Assembly (NCBI GenBank): GCA_965250285.1
Contig: OZ252299.1
Coordinates: 288,001 to 352,000 of the forward strand
Direction: 5' to 3'
Length of the DNA stretch: 64,000 nt
DNA from: Myxococcota bacterium
Lineage (GTDB): Bacteria; Myxococcota_A; UBA9160; UBA4427
How positions within the stretch are numbered: the first letter of the stretch is position 1; every line of letters begins with the position of its first letter. Made by a program: the position numbers and the translations under genes. Positions 58,901-64,000 of the stretch are shown in pieces. Below the pieces are notes generated by a model that saw nothing but the letters and a program-made list of their open reading frames with translations, had not been told where the DNA came from and made no database searches.

Positions 58901-60650
58901 GATCGGTGAAGTCGTCGCCGGCCGACCCACCGTCGGTGATGATGAGGATGAAGCTCTTCTGGCACGCGTACTGGATGGGGTCGGGGGCCGCGAAGCCGTC
59001 GAAGACCGTCGAGCCCGCAGCGGGGATCGCCGCATCCTCGTCGTAGTCGCCCGGGTCCGAGCCCATGAAGACGCCGCCCACCTCGTAGAGCGAGCTCGGG
59101 GGCGTATTGGCGGCGTTGTACATCGTGTCCCGCTTGGGGTCGTAGAGGGACATGTCGTAGTTGTAGACCGGGAACTTGTGGGTCGCGCCTGCCAGCTCGA
59201 CCCCGTCGCGCTGGCTGCCCTCGATGTCGCGGCCATAGGGCATGTCGGCCGCGGTACGCGGCATGAAGTACGTGTAGAGCTGGAAGAGACCCTCGTTGAG
59301 CGGCGTCTGCGCGTCGGGCGTCGAGTTGTCGATCGCCTTGAGCAGGTGCTCCTCGTGGGTCAGCGTCTCACCGTGGAGCGTGTACGTCATGGGCGATCCC
59401 AGCGCCTTGTCGCGGTACCAGTCCATCACGGGCACCGCCACGTAGGCACCGTTGTCGTCGCCGCTCTTGCCGTGGTACCGGAACTGGGCGTAGCCGAAGC
59501 GCACGCCGGTATCGGTCTGCTCGTTCACGCGGCAGATCAGCTGGCGCAGAATCAGCTTGAGCGCCTGGATGCGGGTCCGGCGATAGGTCCAGTAGTACCG
59601 CGGCTCGGGGGCGCCACCGACCGTGCCGAGCGTGAGGCAGCCCGCCTTCTCGCGCTTGCCGTCATTGATGCCGATGCCGCTCGAGTTGGCGAGGGTGTAG
59701 TCGCGCTCGACGTCGAACGTTTCGCGGCGCGCGGTGGCGCCGTAGCTGCTGAAGAGGAAGTCGAGGTACTCGGGCTTGAACTGAGTGGTCGAAGTGCCGT
59801 CGATCGCGGAAGCGAAGGGGTCGTCCTTGTCCCACAAGGAGTAGTTCGATGCGTCGACCCCGCAGATCGTGCTGCCGGGCGCAAAGCGAAGGGTGAGGGG
59901 GTCCATCCCGACGGATCGGAGCGCCGATGCATCGCTGATGTACGAGAGCGACTTGGCCTTGCTGCCCTTCGGGTTGTTGCTCGAGCCACCGTTCTTCAGC
60001 TCGTAGTAGAGCAGACGGTCGCCGTCAGCCGGCTCGTAGTTGCCGTCGCCATCGTCGTCGTAGAACAAATGGGTGCCGTCGTAATCCTGGATCGGCACCT
60101 CTCGACCGGTGCCGATGCCGTTCTTCGTATCCCAATTGGTCTGGTTCGTCGTCTCCGGGTTGAGCATCCGGTGATAGAGCCAGATCTCGCCGTCGGCCTC
60201 TTGCTGCACGCCGTCGCGGTTGAGGTCGAGGAAGAGATGGTTCCCATCCATGTCGTTGATCGGAAAGTCGAGCTCGTGCGCCTGCGTGTTCTTCCGGTAG
60301 AACGCCTGGATGCCGTTCACGTTGGTGTAGTTCTGCAGCGTGGGCGTGTCGTAGACGCGGATGCTGCCGGTGTTGTCTCGGAACCACCGGCACTCGGTCT
60401 GGTTCTTGTTGGAGACCGTCGTGAACCCGCCCGAGCCGTCCGGCACCTTGTGGCTGCCTTCGTAGTCGCGGTGGGTCACGACGTTCCGCATCGAGCTCGA
60501 GTTGTCGACGAAGAACAGGATGTTCGGCGGGATCGCGCGTCGGAAGAGGTCCGTATCGTTGGCGATCGCGTTCGATGCAGGGATGAAGAGAGCCGCGGAG
60601 AGCGTCAGCAGAGCGAGTGCGGCGGTGTTGCGGCGGGTCTCGGGGATCAT
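55989..60650 (-). CDS. pilY1: Type IV pilus tip adhesin PilY1/PilC (vWA plus beta-propeller)
   Basis: Signal peptide; PPNILFFVDNSSSM MIDAS; TPL..L; ILIITDG; LGDIFHSNPVVVG; YAGANDGFLHGF; DLDFDGYAD; DLGGNIWK. Confidence 0.92.
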   Translation of the reverse strand: MIPETRRNTAALALLTLSAALFIPASNAIANDTDLFRRAIPPNILFFVDNSSSMRNVVTHRDYEGSHKVPDGSGGFTTVSNKNQTECRWFRDNTGSIRVYDTPTLQNYTNVNGIQAFYRKNTQAHELDFPINDMDGNHLFLDLNRDGVQQEADGEIWLYHRMLNPETTNQTNWDTKNGIGTGREVPIQDYDGTHLFYDDDGDGNYEPADGDRLLYYELKNGGSSNNPKGSKAKSLSYISDASALRSVGMDPLTLRFAPGSTICGVDASNYSLWDKDDPFASAIDGTSTTQFKPEYLDFLFSSYGATARRETFDVERDYTLANSSGIGINDGKREKAGCLTLGTVGGAPEPRYYWTYRRTRIQALKLILRQLICRVNEQTDTGVRFGYAQFRYHGKSGDDNGAYVAVPVMDWYRDKALGSPMTYTLHGETLTHEEHLLKAIDNSTPDAQTPLNEGLFQLYTYFMPRTAADMPYGRDIEGSQRDGVELAGATHKFPVYNYDMSLYDPKRDTMYNAANTPPSSLYEVGGVFMGSDPGDYDEDAAIPAAGSTVFDGFAAPDPIQYACQKSFILIITDGGSAGDDFTDRDEDIYDIFGADNNLPVDFDTGTDRGYDIFYELIGDHFRMPDPDNPGSTLPDEGRDEAPASGSMNLLDDIALFMNRYDYRPDLPGVQVIDTYTVGYSMETQQDPDAEEGDELDPNSLNYGSALERAAKRGNGLYFESSDADQLEDDLVSAIADMIDKAQAFTSATVPASRTTDGNHFYSSYFLPKEDTGLWEGHLKSFEFTALGDILDKNGYCATGASGNVVPNPTCQAGGQFDLFAEGYWDAADEVPAPLSRNLLVEANSPTPFTKPASWDSTEMDEFDLEIVDGGGTLLSLVQAAEPYASSTAIGSGPGALADAIVEHISGCEFDSSPCTPRLNEEQTHKVYLGDIFHSNPVVVGSPNSAINSASYRDFALDKRQRPRVIYAGANDGFLHGFHAGTWRTTYVDDAGSTQTLPIPRHDAGTGEEIMGYMPYEVRQKIWELPTQTSFPRTLESVDAPPVAADVWFYRSVSGGLPRGGLLPAATYVDQVKQQWRTIIMGGLRNGGRMLYALDITEPQESAAAAKASAAYPLTLWSFPCEGNATACTGAGSVPGGLTYQDYMGLTWSEPIITRVKVAVNGGSPQGHERWVAIVGAGYDPESDPNLKSNAGEPDYDPAAKAGRAILMIDITTGKLLAAKFFDPNNTSINGTQIGFEQMLYAFASAPAVYDLDFDGYADVIYIPDLGGNIWKWVISDIGHDPINNTPGSDNANPAQPNWPFRLFFAAQPDKPALERSGGSYDKTVHYQSFFFPPTGTIASGVLHLAIGAGERANPKGPDSHYGDNDPSNNNRYYVIKDRDPLENEGATYLPIADQMRDGDLNDLDSNFPADCTTLKASGEGYFFRGFDAEKFITNSVIFLGQVISGSYVPPDPYAPGGACESSGTGYVFSFDIECGNPTFGGGTGVPANDRRREVGGGIPTRPRISVGDLNQGGSNSGDCRNKVVMITSDGSITNDCPGSIDNAGVRIKSWRQR

Positions 60651-60669
60651 GTTCGACGCCTCCGTCGGT

Positions 60670-61188
60670 CTAGTTGAACGCATGGCAGCGCTCGGCCGTC
60701 GCCTGGATCTGTGAAGTCGCGCCGCCCGGCGCCACGCCCTGGACGCGCACGCTCCAGAGGGTCTTCATGTACGTCGCGCCCTGGCCGAGCTCGAGGCTCT
60801 GGCCGAGGCCGCAGGGCTCTGCGTTGCCCATCATGCAGATCTGCGAACCGTTGGGTGCGTCGGGGTCATCGCGATAGAACGCCTGGTTGGGCAGCGTGCG
60901 GTTGGCCAGGGTCTTGCTGGTCACGGTCGCCGTCAGGCACTCCCCCTGAGCGAGCGCCGCGCCGGTGACTTCGCTGCGCAGAATGTCGAGCGACTCGGCG
61001 ACCCCGGCATCGGCGGCGTAGAGAGCCGACTGGGCGAGCTGCGAGTAGCCGGCGACCTGGCGGTCGCGCATCACGGTGTCGAGCGACGCCATGCCGACGA
61101 GCCCCATCAGGGCGAGCATCAGCATGGAGACGAGCAGCGCTGCGCCTGATTCGCGGCGGTTCGTCGAATGATCGGCGGTCTTCCTCAT
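60670..61188 (-). CDS. pilX: Minor pilin PilX
   Basis: RESG|AALLVSML (no Glu5), ALYAADAGV; ATGA overlap with pilW. Confidence 0.85.
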   Translation of the reverse strand: MRKTADHSTNRRESGAALLVSMLMLALMGLVGMASLDTVMRDRQVAGYSQLAQSALYAADAGVAESLDILRSEVTGAALAQGECLTATVTSKTLANRTLPNQAFYRDDPDAPNGSQICMMGNAEPCGLGQSLELGQGATYMKTLWSVRVQGVAPGGATSQIQATAERCHAFN

Positions 61189-62210
61189 GAGTCGATGTTC
61201 CTCACGCGTACGACCGACGTGTAGACGCGTCGATGTCGGCCGTCGTTGCCGGGGGCCGACACCAGCGTTCGGTTCTCGCGCGCCTGGCCCCGGCCGGCGT
61301 CGTCGCGGTTGCGGGGATCGTCGGAGGCCGTCTGCACGACGACGTGGAAGCGCACCTCGCGCAGCTCGGTCACGTCGCTGTTCATGCTGTTGTAGAGATT
61401 GAGCGTCGTGTCGCCGCGGTACTCGTTGGCATCGACGATGCCGTCCGCATCGGCGTCGAAGAAGAAGGCGGTTTGGAGATCCTCGACGTTCTCGGAGAGC
61501 AGGATCCCGTCCCGCGTGATCTGCGGCGGGTCGACGGCGACGTTGACCGCATAGACGTGCGCCGGCAGCACCTTGAGGTCGCTGGCGCCTCCGGCACCGG
61601 CGAGCGTCGACGCGAAGTCGATCCGGATCGAGCCGGCGTCGACGGCTTCGACGACGCCGCACGCCGTGCCTCGACCGGGGTTCAGCGCATCGACGACGAT
61701 GGCGCCGCCACCGACACGGAAGTCGCTGTCGAGCACGGCGCTGCCCGGATCCTTGAAGTAGGTCGGCGTTCCATCGATCACGATGGTGTCGACGGTGAGG
61801 GTCCGGCTGCCGAGCCCCGGGACAGTGGTCGTCGAGGCGCCCAGCTCGCCCCCGGCGAGATTCTCCGGGAGCTGGTCGACCGGCAAGATGGCGTCGGTGT
61901 CGCTGGTGAAGAGCGTGTCGGGCGCGACGGTGCTGTCGATCGCACAGATCGAGCCCGCGTCGGGCACCATGTAACCCGCATTCCGGATGTCGCGCTCGAG
62001 CATCGTCGCGACGCCGCGCATGCTCTGCTGGGCCTCGGCCACGTCCTCGATCACCGTCGATGTCTGGTGATGCACCGTGAAGGTGCCCAGCGTATAGACG
62101 ACCACGATGACCATCGCGAACGACGCGAGGATCATCTCGACGAGCGAGAAGCCGGCCGAGCGATTAGGGCGAGCGGGCAGGGCGGTGCCCTGGGCGGTCG
62201 GCGTCAGCAT
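61185..62210 (-). CDS. pilW: Minor pilin PilW
   Basis: AG|FSLVEMI, LERDIRNAGY, ENVEDLQ. Confidence 0.88.
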   Translation of the reverse strand: MLTPTAQGTALPARPNRSAGFSLVEMILASFAMVIVVVYTLGTFTVHHQTSTVIEDVAEAQQSMRGVATMLERDIRNAGYMVPDAGSICAIDSTVAPDTLFTSDTDAILPVDQLPENLAGGELGASTTTVPGLGSRTLTVDTIVIDGTPTYFKDPGSAVLDSDFRVGGGAIVVDALNPGRGTACGVVEAVDAGSIRIDFASTLAGAGGASDLKVLPAHVYAVNVAVDPPQITRDGILLSENVEDLQTAFFFDADADGIVDANEYRGDTTLNLYNSMNSDVTELREVRFHVVVQTASDDPRNRDDAGRGQARENRTLVSAPGNDGRHRRVYTSVVRVRNIDS

Positions 62211-62716
62211 CCGGCACCTCCCCAGTTGTACCGTCGGGTGGCGAGGCGCATACGCTTCGGCGTCGACATGTTCTCTTCTTGCCAGCGCACGTTGACCTCG
62301 ATGTCGCGCACGCAGGCGGAGACGTCGGTGACGGTCCACGTGACGTTGTAGGTCTCCTCGATCGACTGGGCGCCGCCGTCGGGGCGATCGATGCCGGTCG
62401 TGACCTGATTGCCCTGGTTCGTCCAGAACACGTTCGTCTCTGCACCGGCGCCGGCAGCGAGCGCGTTCGTAAGCTCGGCCCAGCTGACGCGCTGCATCTG
62501 TTCGAGGTAGCTGCGTGCGACCGCCGAGGCGTCGCCGGTGTGGCGACCCGCCGAGCCCTGCTTGAGCGCGTGAATCTGCATGGTCGCGAGGGTGAGCAGG
62601 CCGAAACCCATCACGACGAGCGCGATCATGACCTCGAGCAGCGTGAAGCCGCCGCGGCGCCGTTGGCCGTCGCTGGGCAGCGAAGCGCCACCGCGGCATC
62701 CTCGACCGTCCTTCAT
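62204..62716 (-). CDS. pilV: Minor pilin PilV
   Basis: GG|FTLLEVMIAL..GLLTLATMQ; TGATG overlap with fimU. Confidence 0.88.
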   Translation of the reverse strand: MKDGRGCRGGASLPSDGQRRRGGFTLLEVMIALVVMGFGLLTLATMQIHALKQGSAGRHTGDASAVARSYLEQMQRVSWAELTNALAAGAGAETNVFWTNQGNQVTTGIDRPDGGAQSIEETYNVTWTVTDVSACVRDIEVNVRWQEENMSTPKRMRLATRRYNWGGAGC

Positions 62717-63396
62717 CACGACTCCCATGCGTTCGTTCCCGGGTTCCAGGTCAAGACACGCGACGTACCGAGCGGCATCAGCACCACGGCGTAGTCGCGC
62801 TCGCCGTTGGTCACGTAGATTCCGCCGCCCCCCTGACCGGGCAAGCCGCGACCCGTGCAGGTGAAGCCGTCGGTCGTGTAGAGGCGCGGGATGCCGTCGG
62901 GCTCGAAGTAGATGGCCCATGAAGAGACGAGCGGGTTCCGGGCCGCCGTCGAGAAGCTGGTGCCGCCGGGGACGCTGCCCGCGGCGACGCCGAAGTCGTT
63001 GGGTGCGACGCGGCCGTTCGCGAGGGTGTTCGTCGTTCCGAAGTTCACGCCCTGGCCGAAGTCGAAGTCGTGGACGACGTCGTCGAGACCGAACACGCAG
63101 TTCGAGTTGGAGGGGCGATCGTCTCGCGCGATGACGATGTCGGCGGCGGCGGGGGCCTGTCCCTGGCGGAACACCACGATGTGGTTCTCGCCGGTGCGCA
63201 TCGCTTCGCCGCGCGCGAGCATGAAGGCGTCGGCCACGGATCGCGCCGCGTCCTTCGCCCGCTGATTCTCGGCCCACGAGCGGACGCTGAAGGATGTGAT
63301 CCCGATCAACGAACCCGCGACTGCCAATACAATCAAGAGTTCGACGAGCGTGACGCCGGAATTGTGACGTGATGCACGCAAGCCACCGTCTCCCAT
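62716..63396 (-). CDS. fimU: Minor pilin FimU/FimT (GspH-like)
   Basis: SG|VTLVELLIVL, ARGEAM, IYFEPDG; start uncertain. Confidence 0.85.
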   Translation of the reverse strand: MGDGGLRASRHNSGVTLVELLIVLAVAGSLIGITSFSVRSWAENQRAKDAARSVADAFMLARGEAMRTGENHIVVFRQGQAPAAADIVIARDDRPSNSNCVFGLDDVVHDFDFGQGVNFGTTNTLANGRVAPNDFGVAAGSVPGGTSFSTAARNPLVSSWAIYFEPDGIPRLYTTDGFTCTGRGLPGQGGGGIYVTNGERDYAVVLMPLGTSRVLTWNPGTNAWES

Positions 63397-63447
63397 TCCC
63401 AAGAGCGCGTCGCACCGTTGCGACAAGCCCGCCCCACCAGTGATAAA

Positions 63448-63474
63448 GTTTCGGCACAGGTGGGAATTTCTTGA
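63448..63474 (-). promoter_or_regulatory. sigma28 (FliA)-like promoter of the minor-pilin operon
   Basis: TCAA-N15-GCCGAAAC on the minus strand, ~50 bp upstream of fimU. Confidence 0.45.
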
Positions 63475-63597
63475 GGATGTACGGGGGGTTGGGAAACCCG
63501 ACGGGTTTACCCTGAGTTGCCGCGCAAGAACTTGCGTGGCGACCGCCAGTTTCGTGCGGTGGGAGCGGAACCGAGGCGTGCCGTTGGAACTCGGTGC

Positions 63598-64000
63598 TCA
63601 GGCGGTGGGATCGAAGAGATCGACCATCCGCGGATCGAGGCTGGCGGCCCGGGCACGCACGCGCGCCCAGTCCCGCAGCTCCTTGATCGAATCCTCGTAC
63701 GTGTCGTAGAGGGGCACGGTCTCTCCGATGGCGTTCTGCAGGTCGACGTCGGTGACCTCGCGGTTCTCGGAGAACGCCGTGTAGAGCCCGGCGGCGACGA
63801 CCTGCTCGAGCTCGGCCCCCGAGAGGCGCTCGGCCTCGTGCGCGAGCATCTCGAGATTGAACTGCATCGGGTCGCGGCCGCGCTTCGCCAGGTGGATCGA
63901 GAGGATCTCGATGCGCTCGGGCGGCGTCGGCAGGTCGACGAAGAAGAGCTCGTCGAAGCGACCGCGCCGGAGCAGCTCGGGCGGGAGATGACTCACGTCG
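63598..64000 (-). CDS. AAA+ ATPase (Ycf46-like), C-terminal part only
   Basis: [35 protein letters not shown]. Confidence 0.88.
   Translation of the reverse strand, partial: DVSHLPPELLRRGRFDELFFVDLPTPPERIEILSIHLAKRGRDPMQFNLEMLAHEAERLSGAELEQVVAAGLYTAFSENREVTDVDLQNAIGETVPLYDTYEDSIKELRDWARVRARAASLDPRMVDLFDPTA

Noticed and set aside
63420..63597. c-di-GMP/GEMM riboswitch or sigma54 promoter upstream of the pilin operon
   Set aside because: Could not match the GEMM core (GAAA tetraloop/receptor, CGCAAA) or TGGCAC-N5-TTGC by eye

Overview
This is a high-GC bacterial chromosomal segment from a diderm (Gram-negative) organism. It encodes MlaA/VacJ, two outer-membrane beta-barrels, HemF and a type IVa minor-pilin operon (fimU-pilV-pilW-pilX-pilY1). 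The gene mix suggests a Myxococcota/deltaproteobacteria-like lineage (inference only). About 58 genes are present, mostly for lipid/steroid catabolism and redox: five predicted F420-dependent enzymes, three SDRs, a P450, an AurF-like diiron protein, a CoA-transferase, a molybdopterin oxidoreductase, an MMPL transporter and a FadA5/paired acyl-CoA dehydrogenase/EchA19-like cluster. No rRNA, tRNA, CRISPR array or transposase was seen. Signals missed by the ORF track: (1) an ArsC-like selenoprotein with in-frame UGA (UxxC) and a SECIS-like hairpin; (2) a 29-bp inverted-repeat pair that duplicates the menA RBS and start codon and creates a coupled leader ORF for the divergent outer-membrane gene (possible invertible switch); (3) two copies of a ~250-bp MITE-like structured element, each starting at the TAG stop codon of a gene; (4) a PEP-utilising enzyme with no canonical start codon; (5) several operator palindromes, sigma28-like promoters and a 37-bp tandem triplet. 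All calls come from motif recognition by eye; no database searches were run.
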